64,000 nucleotides of DNA, taken from NCBI GenBank assembly GCA_000320545.1, contig ADNK01000559.1:43723-107722 (forward strand). Direction: 5' to 3'. Under the pieces are notes generated by a model that was not told where the DNA came from, did not search any database, and saw only the letters and a list, made by a program, of their open reading frames with translations. The stretch comes from Bigelowiella natans CCMP2755. Taxonomy: Eukaryota > Protista > Cercozoa. How positions within the stretch are numbered: position 1 is the first letter of the stretch; every line of letters starts with the position of its first letter. Shown piece by piece: positions 27,955 through 38,009 of this stretch. The position numbers and the translations under genes were made by a program.

Positions 27955-29109
27955 CTACTCTGTCTTTTCTTCCGTTTTTTTGCTCTCAGAGACAGCATCC
28001 TTCGCAGCTGCATTTTCTTCTTCGGTTTTGAGCTCGTCCTTGAGCTCCTCATTGAATTCCTTCACAGCAGATCCCAAAGACTTGGCAGTTACGCCGAGCT
28101 GCTTGCCTACCAGTCGTAACCGAAATCCAAATTTAGAGGAAGACGAATGTAAGAATATGAAAGGCAATATTACCGAATTCTGGAAGCTTGCTAGGTCCAA
28201 AGATTAGCGCTGCAACACCTCCGATCACCACTAATTCAGGCAGTCCGAGGCCAAACAAGCTGTTAACGGAAACCTAAAGAAAATATGGATGATCATGAGG
28301 TGCTTTTTAGCATAAGAGTGTAGTGAAAGCGGATCTATACCTCTCGGTCTGGTGAACTTGCTAGGGTCTAACAAACGTAATAGAGTTGAGAGAGAAGTGT
28401 CAGGATAACCACGAGGAGGTTAAGAATCAATGCGTGAGGAAGAACAAGGAATAAATTCTTTAGATTGTGGTAGGTAGCATGGTGTACACACTCTTTACAC
28501 TTCCACCGGAATTCACTCTAATATAAAGTTTAGCACCACCTTTGGAGAGAAAGAACCCCTGGGCATGGAAGATGGCATCATCATTGCGTTGACACTAGTG
28601 CATCTGTCACCCAACAAACTTCATCTTAATATATCAATCAAAATTAGGGGAATTATTATGACCCAAATTTTCCTACACATACCTTGAAATTCTCGGAGAT
28701 GATGCATATGATTTAAGGGGAATCACAGGCATGCTTGCCCTGTTCATTCGCATCTGTGTTGGTGCGCTTCTGCGAAGAGCCTACAAAATAATGACCTTAC
28801 TACCCCGCTGTTAGTTGAGCTCCAAAAAATATAAAGTACCATTTTCGTTGCTAACAAATTATCAGCATTTGTTCTTGTGTTAAGCATTGCTGCACAAAGA
28901 GAAAGTGCAGTCAATGCCAGAATTCCGAACCCTAGTAGAGAAACAAGAATTCACGTTTGGGCGAAGGCATATAAGCTAAGCGTAACCATTTGATCTATAC
29001 AATCTAAGTTCTCCCCTTCCTTTCCTATAATATAACCTGCAAAGTATCCATAGCTGCGAGAGGTTTTATCGGTTTCGACTGGGAGCAGAGGAGCATTTGT
29101 TCCGCTCAT
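27955..29109 (-). CDS. tatA: Plastid Tat translocase subunit TatA/Tha4 with bipartite targeting leader; ~6-7 exons
   Basis: Mature part SLFGLGLPELVVIGGVAALIFGPSKLPEFGKQLGVTAKSLGSAVKEFNEELK is a canonical TatA signature. Leader MSGTNAPLL...YFAGFGILALTALSLCAAML is followed by an R/S/M-rich transit-like region. Confidence 0.92.
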
Positions 29110-29220
29110 CGTTGCTGTTGGCGTGTGGCACGGGGAGGGGGGTACTTGCGGTCTTATGTGTTCAGATTCAGATAGTTGTCGCACAATTGATACTGATTAA
29201 AATGATGTATATTTTTTAAT

Positions 29221-29404
29221 TACGACATGCACTCTCTAAATCAATCAAACAGGTAAACGTGCTTTTTTTGGTTCACTCGAGTTAAAAATTAAGCTTAAAA
29301 ACTACGATATTCCGCGATAAAATACGGTTGGTACTTATTAAAACGACATACTTTTAATGTTGTCGTATTCAGGAGAAGGAACCCATGGGCGAATTTCTAC
29401 GACA
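29221..29404. promoter_or_regulatory. Cluster of three TACGACA/TGTCGTA motifs upstream of tatA (candidate promoter element)
   Basis: Occurrences at 29221, 29361 and 29398. The same heptamer sits upstream of most other gene starts in the window. Confidence 0.5.
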
Positions 29405-31597
29405 ACAAAAAGCGCATAAGTCCTAGGATGCCTCTTTTGAATATGTATTTATTCTATGATTTCGAAGAAAGTTTGTTTCTAAATATGGACGCAGTATCCA
29501 AATATCGCCTATTTTCTTATTGAGATAGATCTCGATTGACGATAACTTGTTTGAAAGTCTTTGGGGGATGAGTTGTTGCAGAAAAGTGCTAGAAACATCG
29601 TAGCTTATACAGACAAGACGTCATCGCCCCACGTCACTGGTCGTATCTAATAAATTCTATAATTGTAAAAACATTTGAATATTGTAGGTTCATATAAATT
29701 TCTAGTTTACCACTCTTGAATCAGACGGAACACTATTTTTTCCTTCCCGTCGGTGCCTGCTGAGGGTTCTCAAGACTGGCGAAATGGTTTAGGCTTGTAC
29801 CGCCGAATGCATCCTCTCTAGCCATAAGTGAAATAATTTTCTTCAGTTGTCGCCCTTATATGACGCTGCCATGCGTCTCAATACGGTCCACTATCGTCGG
29901 ATCATTCGTGCTGTCGAGATCGTAAGTACAAAGAACGAGGTTGCCTCGTTAGTCCTGAAGGATCATTTTCCAAAATTAGATTTGTTCTGTGGTATCGTTC
30001 TCCTGTATTTATAGCCTCGAAAATCTGGCCATCAGTTCACAGGTGGTGTTTTAATTACCAAGTGACACAGCGGCATCCTAGCAATGTCAGAATGCGTTAG
30101 TCAATTTAATTTGCAGATTGAGAACAACGGGATTATTATGGCAGCTTGCTCCATGGTAGATTACTGTGGTTTTTCTTCTTTGTAAGTTTGTGATACCTTC
30201 TGTCTCGGTCTCTGTCTCAGTTTGCAATTGGCGTGTTGATCGGGGATTTCTGTGGGATTTCGAGGAGACTACAAGACAGCTGGATCCTTTTTGTAGTACT
30301 AATAGTTCAAAGGAGTTTGACTTTCTTCAAGAATTTCTTTCATTTCGGGTTACGCCCATCATTCTTTCCATCGGCTCAACCTTAGGAATTCGCCCTGGAT
30401 TTCACCTTCATAGTGCTTTCAATGGGAGGCTCTGTAACTACAATAGCAAAGTGTCTACAGCAAGAAGTGAGATAATCTAAAAAACTTAATGTAATTTAGA
30501 TAATACTATTATTATTCACTACATTTCTATTCTGGTTCCAGCAAGAGGGGATTCCATTTTGCGACGTACATTCTCCTTACATCTATCAACCCAGAACTGC
30601 CTGGTTAGGCGCGGTGCGTACAAATTTAGCAAATTTCATATGTAAAAACCTAAGAACTAACGCAGCCTCTCTGAGAGCCATCATAGTAGAGGAATCTATG
30701 AATGAGCTATGACAAGGCTGCAAGATTTTTAAGAAAGCATCTAGCACTCCCAACTCCTCTCATCATGCACCTTTTCGCCTTATATAAACAGATGTTGTTT
30801 GTAGATATTCGGGCTCGCAACGTGTTGTGCTTTGTGTGTGTCGTTAACTATCGATTACAACAAGTGGCTACAGGTTCACACGATCTAACTTTGATTATTG
30901 CATCACATAAGGGCTCACTGGTCTCATTATCTTACAGACCCACGTGAAATACGATGATTATGAAGAAGGCTAGTTCTCAATATGTTTTATTTCAGTTTTG
31001 CAATGCACGGTAAAACTTTCGAATAAATCTATGTGTCAATTAACCTATGGAACTGATTCTATGTCAAGCAATAGCGACGACAACATCATGCATGCGAATC
31101 ATGTTTTACATCACAGTGTGAGCTTTAGCACACTGTTACAAGATAAATCAACGACTCGCAAGGTGTCCTAGGTTACAAATGATGATTCTACAGGCCTGTA
31201 CAAACACAATCTTAGGCCTTAGTTGTTGCAAATCAGAATGCAAATGATGCTCAAATTGAAAGTTTCGAACATCGAAGTCAAGTTCACAATTGACATGACA
31301 CATTTCAGTCGACAAGGATTGATCTCTGTCTCATGCTGCCATGAGGACACGATGCTCATGGCACATCACTGTGGGCATGCAATCGCGCAGCTGACTGACG
31401 TCCGAGCGCACGGTGCAGTGTTGTGCAGACTTCGCTTTTTGCATTTGCACTTGTTGCGAGCGCCGCTTGTAGCCTTTCTCTCAGCTGCGAATCTTCTAGC
31501 TTGACTTCACTCGTTTGCGAGCACCAGAGCACTCTGCATTCTAGCATTCCACGTCAGCTTCTGGTCTGCACATGCATCTAGACATGCGATGAAGATT

Positions 31598-31923
31598 TGT
31601 AGCGCGTACCACTACGCGGGCACAAGTCACGTGCGACAACAAAGGGGTTGTCGCGGATATAGAATATAGATAACGTAGATATTAATACAGCATAGGCACG
31701 TGGGTTCCGGCGGGACTCATGGCAGCACACCGGAAGTGTGCTGCCCCACGTGCGGCGGCATTCGCGAAAGCTTCGCGAATGATTACGCAGTGCACGATTT
31801 AATAAAAATATAATCTTTAATAAAAATAAACACAACTCTTCAAAAGGAAGCAAACGTGCCTTTCCCCCCCCCTGCCTACTTGTGCACGTAGCGCCTCGGC
31901 CTGTGAACACCTTACGCGCAACA
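31598..31923 (+). repeat. 5' LTR
   Basis: tgtagcgcgta...tacgcgcaaca, with a 10/11 terminal inverted repeat and duplicated tttaataaaaata (AATAAA). Confidence 0.97.
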
Positions 31924-31928
31924 ACCTT

Positions 31929-31947
31929 TGGCTTCCACACACGGGAA
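31929..31947 (+). other. Candidate primer-binding site
   Basis: tggcttccacacacgggaa begins with TGG (complement of tRNA CCA) 5 nt after the LTR. Its reverse complement resembles a Glu/Asp-type tRNA 3' end, but the register is imperfect. Confidence 0.55.
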
Positions 31948-31962
31948 ACGATTTGACTAACA

Positions 31963-34900
31963 ATGTCACAGCAGCTAGAAGAACAGCAGGACTTTGGCTC
32001 GCAGGCCGTGCAAGGGCACGAGCAGAAACAGGAAAGGAAGGGCGATACGGACGCTAAGGAAGGAGGAGGAACACCTCCACAGGCACCGCCGGGACCAGCA
32101 CCCGGGATTAAGAAAGCAGATGCAGCAGCAGAGGCACTGGAGAACTTCTACGAGGCGGACGACGAGGACGTGGCCGCCGAAAGCAAGAAGGTCGTAATGG
32201 CATTACGAGCCTTGCGACCCAGGGCGAGCAACTACGCCAAACTGAAAGTATCGATAGAATACAAGTATCAGACACATGATGTTTGGGCAGCTATCATGCA
32301 GGACATCATGGATTACGAAGCAGACTTACCTCCAGAGTGGGCAGCTTTGTTTAGGAACGACGGGGGTCTGGGCGCCTCGCGGGGGACGACCCAGAGCACC
32401 GTCAAGCAGCAGCAGCCGGTACAGCGGAACACCCAGTTCATGTCTGTTAAAACAGCACCGGTTATGATAACGAAATACAACGGGAAAAGAGGTGAGGCAA
32501 GGAGGTGGTGGAAGAACGCTAGGAGTATACTCTGCGACTTTACCCCTAACCCCACCGAAAACGACAAGCTCAAATGGCTAGCTATAATAAAGCAAGCCAT
32601 GGACCTTTACGAGACAGGCAGGACCCGGATCAGGCAGCTAGAGAAAATACACACTACAGTTAGTGGGCTACGAGACGTTGAGGCGATAATGAAGGCTTTT
32701 GTAAATGAACAGGATGCTAACTCCCTACCCCAGGCTATTAGAAAATACAGAGCAATGATGCAGCATGAGAGAGAACCTGTTAGAGACTTTGCCACGCGCT
32801 TCCAGGATATGATCGACGAACTACATGATTTTAATTACAACACAGGTGATGATCAGGCAAGGTTTGAAGAGTTCAAGTTAAAGATAAAGGAATCCACTTA
32901 CGTTACGGAGAAAGGCTACACCACGATGGAGGCAGCAGTGCAGGCTATATCCCTACGCGAGCAGGAGCAGGACCGCAAGTTTACCAGCCCTAAGGTACCT
33001 GGCATAGGAAACATTAACGCTATTAAGCCGCAGCGAGACTGGTACAAGGACAGGGAAGGTAACCGACGTTGCGGATACTGCTCACGTAAAGGGAAACACA
33101 CCGCTAAAGACTGCAGAGACAGGAAAGAAGGACGACCCAGGATGACGATCAGGCAGCTCAACGAACACTACGAGAAGTTAAAGAGAAAGAAAGGCAGAGG
33201 ACAAGGATATAACAACAGCAAATGGCAAGGCAGCAACAACGGGAAGAACAATAAATATAAGAACAAAAAGCAGAACAGTATCAATGCTATACAGCAGCAG
33301 ATAAACGGAATATTAGATCACCTTAAGCAGGCGCCGACGAAGACAGCAGTACCAGCAACGCAGGACCAAGACAAGCCCATGACCCTAGACGACATAAAGA
33401 ACTTAGGAGTATGCAACATTAATGACGAAGACGCTAACAGGACTATCAAAGTTGCTATGACCAAGGTTAAAGTTAAAGACAGCTACGGAGACTACAAGAA
33501 ACTACCTGCCCTTTGGGATAGTGGCAGCATGCCGAAGTCCTTCATAAGCCTAAGCACAGTAAGAAGGTTAGGACTATTGGATCAAGTGACTAAGAAAGAA
33601 CGTAAATATGCTCAAGCAGACGGAAGCTCTTCCATGAAGACCGTCGGTGAGCTAATGCTAAAGCTACAGATACCTGGCAGCGACGCGGAGACCCAAATCA
33701 AGACCCGAGTAGCCATGACTTTATCCATGGAACTACTCCTCGGACAGGATGCCCTAGAAAAATTAGGGGGGATCATATCATTCTACAATCACAAGATATA
33801 CTTTGCTAAGTTGCCAAAGAAGTCAGGCAGGACCATCAGCCAGAACATGATACGGCTTGACGAGTGGACCTCTGAGTCAAGCGTTAATGCGTTAGAGTTT
33901 ATGGACCTAGCGGACAACAAGCTACCTACACCTACCGAGCTACGGAAGAAGAACCCCGGCAAGACCATCCGACAGATAACGGAGCTACTGGACAAGACCC
34001 CCCCAGCTGATGATTGGGATATCGACAAAGGCAAAAAGTACATTAATAAAATATTAAACGAGAAGTACTCTGACATCACCAAGCCGACGACGAAGCCCTC
34101 CAGCAAGCTTACCCCAGTAAAGATCGAGCTAAAGAAGGGATACGAAGAGTGCATCATCAATGACCCAGAACATAGGCGACCGGAAGCGGACTGGGAAAAG
34201 ATAGAGTGGCAGATCAATGAATGGGCAAAGGAAGGGAAGATAGAGCCAAGCAACTCACCATGGAACGTGAGACATGTGCTAGCTAAGAAACCTACTTACC
34301 CTTTCTTCCGCCTGGCGCACAACTTCATCCGCCACAACCGAGTAATAAAGAGGATCCAGACACCTACACCAAGGATAGATGACGTTATTGAACACGTCAT
34401 AGGATACAAATACTACTCTTCCCTAGATAAAAATGAATCATACATGCAGACACCCATCCACAAAACCTCCCGCCCCATTACCGCGTTCTCCAGCAGGCAC
34501 AGGAAGTGGCACTTCGTCGTATTCCCTTACGGCCTAAGCATATCAGGGGATGCGTTCAGTAGTCAGAACTACAGGGCATACACACATGATGGGATGGCGT
34601 CTGTGTTGTGGGTGTTTGTGTTTGTGTATGTGGATGATGACATAATATGTACCAACACAGTCGTCGCTCAGATCTTCCTCCTGGAAAATATATTTATTAG
34701 GTTTGCACACTTCGGTTTTACTATTAGACTGCAGAAGTGTACATTCCTAGCTACAAGAATCAAGTGGTGTGGATATTACCTGGAGCAAGGCCGCATCACC
34801 CCAAACCCCGAGAAAGTAGCAGCACTACAGCAAGCCCCTAAACCTAAGAATGCAAAGGAGTTAAAGTCATTCTTGCAGACTGCAGCTTGGATACTACGTA

Positions 34901-36936
34901 GGTTCTCCCCTACCTACGCTAGGACTGCAGCTGCTTTTACTACTGCTTACCGGAAGGAGAACTCTGTAGGCCTCAGCTTCGCTAAGGTGTGGGCCAAGGC
35001 TGGCCTTGATGCCCACTTCGATAACCTAATAAAGTTATGCAGCAACACCCTATTGAATGCTAAGCTAGACACTACTAGACCAGCTACCCTATGGACAGAC
35101 TGGTCTAAGCTAGGTATGGCTGCTGTACTTACCCAAGACCAGCAGATCATACGGGTGTGGGGCAGGGCCTGCACAGCAGCTGAGGCCAAGTACAGCCCTA
35201 CAAAAGGAGAGTATAAAGCCATGACTGAGGCGCAGAGGAAACTAAGATACTACCTGCTGTCGGTGCCCAGCTTCACCTTAATGACTGACCACAAGCCCCT
35301 CCTAGGCATCGACCGCAAGCTCGAAGCGCCTAACGATGAGTATGCAGCTATGAGGGCGGACACGGAAGAGTTTAGGGACAAGAGGACAGTGGTCTACGCA
35401 CCAGGAGACAAGCAGCTTGCTGACTATTTCAGCAGGCTGTTCGAAAAGAAAGTCCCTACCCAGGTCACCCCTATGGTTAACGCGATTACCTTCGAGGACG
35501 GCGACTTCCTGCCTGAGCCAGAGGAGCTCCAGCACCTTCAAGAACACCTGGATAAATACAAACACAAGCATGAGGTACTTAGTGATAGGATATATGTATA
35601 CACTAATAATGTTAGGCGTACCTACGTGCCACGGCGGACCAGGGGAGCCCTTCTCTTTACCGCCCATGGACCTGCACACGTAGGAGAAAACCATATCACT
35701 GCTCTACTCTACCATTACTACTGGCCCTACAAGCTAAAAGAGATAAGGACATACCTGCGTGGCTGCAGGTGCTCCAGCTTGAAGGCGGCAGGCGTCGCCA
35801 CCAAGGAGTCCAGCAAGAGCCGTGCATCTAAGAAAATCAAAGCAAGGAACTTCTTAGATATCGTGCAAATTGATGTTTATAAGTACGATGGCTATCACTA
35901 CCTTACCTTCGTTGATGTGGCCACTGGAAAGTGCTGGGTTAAAAAGATTATCAAGGTCAACGTTGCTAAGAAGAACAAAGGCTTATATAAGCAGAGGCTT
36001 ACTAACTGCTACCGTACCTGGGAGTCTGAGCTCCAGGCTATCCCTGATGAAGTTAGCATAAACAAGATACCAAAGAAGTTACATGTGGATAATGAGACCT
36101 CTCTTCTACAGCTACCACACCCTAATATTGATGCCTCACCTGTATACTATGCCCAGTCCAACTCCAAGGTAGAGCGACTCCACCGCACCTTGGCCAACCT
36201 AAGCAGGATAAATAGCACCACACCAGACAAGATACAAGGGTTAGTAAACGACACCTTCACGTCTGGGGGAGGTATCAAGGATAAGGAGAGGGAAGAAGGC
36301 GACGACAACGACGACGATACCGAGAGCGAAGACGAGAAGGTCCCGTACGATGGCCGAGTTCTAAAGGAAGGACAGTATGTTAGGGCCAAGGTAAATCTGA
36401 GATCGAGAAATAAACAAGACCCCTTCTGGGGTGGCGTTGCAAAGGTTACCGAGAGGAAGGGGAGGAAGCAGTACTACATCTATGATGGGAACAGGGTCAC
36501 CTTGCGCCACATCAGTCACCTAAAGAATTATGATATCGGTGAGAAGCTCCTAGAGGATGTTAAAGTAAACCCTACTGTGTGGGAGCGAGCAATGCCTTGT
36601 TTAGGACCCCGACCTAAGTTCGATGTGGAATATGGAAACAATAAGGTCAGGGTGAACGACGATTGGCGCATGAAGATTGTCTATCTAGGCTACCCTGGAT
36701 TACGAAATATGGAGAGGGTAGCTATGAAAATAAAGGACGGAAAATATCAGCTACTCTACCTAGCTGTTCCCGACTTACCCTTTGAGCACTGGTATAAGGT
36801 CCTGGGGGACCTTGATGCAGAGGGCTGGTATGGACACGAACCTAAGGACGAAGGTGAGTTCTGGGTAAGCGACAAAGGAGATAAGGTTAGAGAGGAATCT
36901 ATTACCTGGTGGTTGGTGAAGTTCCGAAAGCGATGA
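31963..36936 (+). CDS. Gag-Pol polyprotein (Gag, Zn knuckle, aspartic protease, RT, RNase H, integrase, C-terminal MTase-like domain), 1657 aa
   Basis: CGYCSRKGKHTAKDC knuckle; LWDSGS protease; SPWN..PYGL..YVDD RT; TDWS..TDHKPL..LADYFSR RNase H; HGPAH..CRC, VQID, HVDN, SNSKVER integrase. Confidence 0.97.
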   Translation: MSQQLEEQQDFGSQAVQGHEQKQERKGDTDAKEGGGTPPQAPPGPAPGIKKADAAAEALENFYEADDEDVAAESKKVVMALRALRPRASNYAKLKVSIEYKYQTHDVWAAIMQDIMDYEADLPPEWAALFRNDGGLGASRGTTQSTVKQQQPVQRNTQFMSVKTAPVMITKYNGKRGEARRWWKNARSILCDFTPNPTENDKLKWLAIIKQAMDLYETGRTRIRQLEKIHTTVSGLRDVEAIMKAFVNEQDANSLPQAIRKYRAMMQHEREPVRDFATRFQDMIDELHDFNYNTGDDQARFEEFKLKIKESTYVTEKGYTTMEAAVQAISLREQEQDRKFTSPKVPGIGNINAIKPQRDWYKDREGNRRCGYCSRKGKHTAKDCRDRKEGRPRMTIRQLNEHYEKLKRKKGRGQGYNNSKWQGSNNGKNNKYKNKKQNSINAIQQQINGILDHLKQAPTKTAVPATQDQDKPMTLDDIKNLGVCNINDEDANRTIKVAMTKVKVKDSYGDYKKLPALWDSGSMPKSFISLSTVRRLGLLDQVTKKERKYAQADGSSSMKTVGELMLKLQIPGSDAETQIKTRVAMTLSMELLLGQDALEKLGGIISFYNHKIYFAKLPKKSGRTISQNMIRLDEWTSESSVNALEFMDLADNKLPTPTELRKKNPGKTIRQITELLDKTPPADDWDIDKGKKYINKILNEKYSDITKPTTKPSSKLTPVKIELKKGYEECIINDPEHRRPEADWEKIEWQINEWAKEGKIEPSNSPWNVRHVLAKKPTYPFFRLAHNFIRHNRVIKRIQTPTPRIDDVIEHVIGYKYYSSLDKNESYMQTPIHKTSRPITAFSSRHRKWHFVVFPYGLSISGDAFSSQNYRAYTHDGMASVLWVFVFVYVDDDIICTNTVVAQIFLLENIFIRFAHFGFTIRLQKCTFLATRIKWCGYYLEQGRITPNPEKVAALQQAPKPKNAKELKSFLQTAAWILRRFSPTYARTAAAFTTAYRKENSVGLSFAKVWAKAGLDAHFDNLIKLCSNTLLNAKLDTTRPATLWTDWSKLGMAAVLTQDQQIIRVWGRACTAAEAKYSPTKGEYKAMTEAQRKLRYYLLSVPSFTLMTDHKPLLGIDRKLEAPNDEYAAMRADTEEFRDKRTVVYAPGDKQLADYFSRLFEKKVPTQVTPMVNAITFEDGDFLPEPEELQHLQEHLDKYKHKHEVLSDRIYVYTNNVRRTYVPRRTRGALLFTAHGPAHVGENHITALLYHYYWPYKLKEIRTYLRGCRCSSLKAAGVATKESSKSRASKKIKARNFLDIVQIDVYKYDGYHYLTFVDVATGKCWVKKIIKVNVAKKNKGLYKQRLTNCYRTWESELQAIPDEVSINKIPKKLHVDNETSLLQLPHPNIDASPVYYAQSNSKVERLHRTLANLSRINSTTPDKIQGLVNDTFTSGGGIKDKEREEGDDNDDDTESEDEKVPYDGRVLKEGQYVRAKVNLRSRNKQDPFWGGVAKVTERKGRKQYYIYDGNRVTLRHISHLKNYDIGEKLLEDVKVNPTVWERAMPCLGPRPKFDVEYGNNKVRVNDDWRMKIVYLGYPGLRNMERVAMKIKDGKYQLLYLAVPDLPFEHWYKVLGDLDAEGWYGHEPKDEGEFWVSDKGDKVREESITWWLVKFRKR

Positions 36937-36978
36937 AGGTCTAAGGGAATAAGGAAGGAAGGAAGGAGCAACGTGACT

Positions 36979-36987
36979 TGGGGGAGG
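36979..36987 (+). other. Polypurine tract
   Basis: tgggggagg abuts the 3' LTR and is preceded by purine-rich aaggaaggaaggaagga. Confidence 0.85.
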
Positions 36988-37313
36988 TGTAGCGCGTACC
37001 ACTACGCGGGCACAAGTCACGTGCGACAACAAAGGGGTTGTCGCGGATATAGAATATAGATAACGTAGATATTAATACAGCATAGGCACGTGGGTTCCGG
37101 CGGGACTCATGGCAGCACACCGGAAGTGTGCTGCCCCACGTGCGGCGGCATTCGCGAAAGCTTCGCGAATGATTACGCAGTGCACGATTTAATAAAAATA
37201 TAATCTTTAATAAAAATAAACACAACTCTTCAAAAGGAAGCAAACGTGCCTTTCCCCCCCCCTGCCTACTTGTGCACGTAGCGCCTCGGCCTGTGAACAC
37301 CTTACGCGCAACA
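36988..37313 (+). repeat. 3' LTR
   Basis: Matches 31598-31923 with no difference seen; followed by TSD gatt. Confidence 0.97.
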
Positions 37314-38009
37314 GATTGGTGCATGGTTCCCACGTTCAGCCACTCGCACCCAGCAAGGCTTTCGATTTGAACGTGTCCATGAGTGTGTTCAGTCGCCAGC
37401 AAGTGTGCTGATGGACCAAAAAAAACGTGACTTGTTCGACACACGTGGGCTATTGGGCCTGCCCGTGGCGTTCTGGTGATCCACGATCATGATGTGGCAG
37501 AGGAAGTCTTTCTTTGCATCCAGGTGAGACGACACAATCCGGATGGATCACATGAAGTGGTTGAATTTCAGAAGGAAAAAGGGCTTAAATTCATGCCATG
37601 CGACAGCACAAAGTTTGTGCTAGATCTAAGCAATCATCGGTGGGCAGGTCTTCTATGCTATTAATGTCGTATTTCATTGAATAAATACCTAAAAAATCTC
37701 ATCCTTGGATATTTTTCCATGATGTGATTGACGATTTATGAGGCATGGAGAACACGAGAATGTCGCAGGAGTGATATCCTTGTTGAGGTAAGGAATCCGT
37801 CACAAATGCAAAGCACATGGATTAAGAATGTCCTCAAAATATTTCGAAAGGGCGAATAGAAGAGTATTTTCAAAAACTTAGATACATGAGTGTCGCACAG
37901 AGAAATGTTCATCCATTTTTTGTTTTCCTACATGATGTTCACATTATGTAATCGATTAAATGAAATTCTTCCATCCTAACTAGCAACTAGCGCACAAAAC
38001 AAACGAACA

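Larger units (their letters stand above)
31598..37313 (+). mobile_element. Full-length Ty3/Gypsy (Metaviridae) LTR retrotransposon, 5716 bp, recently inserted
   Basis: Two 326-bp LTRs (TG...CA) with no difference seen; 4-bp TSD GATT (31594-31597 and 37314-37317); single intact gag-pol ORF in PR-RT-RH-IN order; PBS-like and PPT sites. Confidence 0.97.
30702..37523 (+). pseudogene. Decayed ACBP-like + DnaJ-like gene interrupted by the LTR retrotransposon
   Basis: 30702 MSYDKAARFL...LFALYKQ..VATG is acyl-CoA-binding-protein-like, with apparently mutated splice sites (cag|AT, cAA|). ~31190-31270 GLYK/ILG/VANQNANDAQI and ~37366-37461 FERVHE..VLMDQKKRDLFDTRGLLGL are J-domain-like. Frameshifts and stops are present. 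Confidence 0.45.

Noticed and set aside
29700-30560. Coding-like minus-strand stretch (RGNLVLCTYDLDSTNDPTIVDRIETHGSV...)
   Set aside because: Stops in all frames and no recognisable domain; may be a relic but cannot be called.
31696-31795. HDV-like or hammerhead ribozyme in the LTR (loop CCCACGU fits the HDV L3 pattern)
   Set aside because: The required P1/P1.1/P2 pseudoknot could not be built without overlapping strands, and there is no CUGANGA...GAAA core on either strand.
31846-31936. Tf1-style self-priming (LTR ggaagcaaacgt vs post-LTR acctttggcttcc)
   Set aside because: Only 6 contiguous complementary bases; a TGG-initiated tRNA-type PBS is the simpler reading.
36941-37444. 167-aa and 120-aa (31578-31940) minus-strand ORFs with shared sequence
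   Set aside because: They share sequence only because both read through the LTRs antisense.
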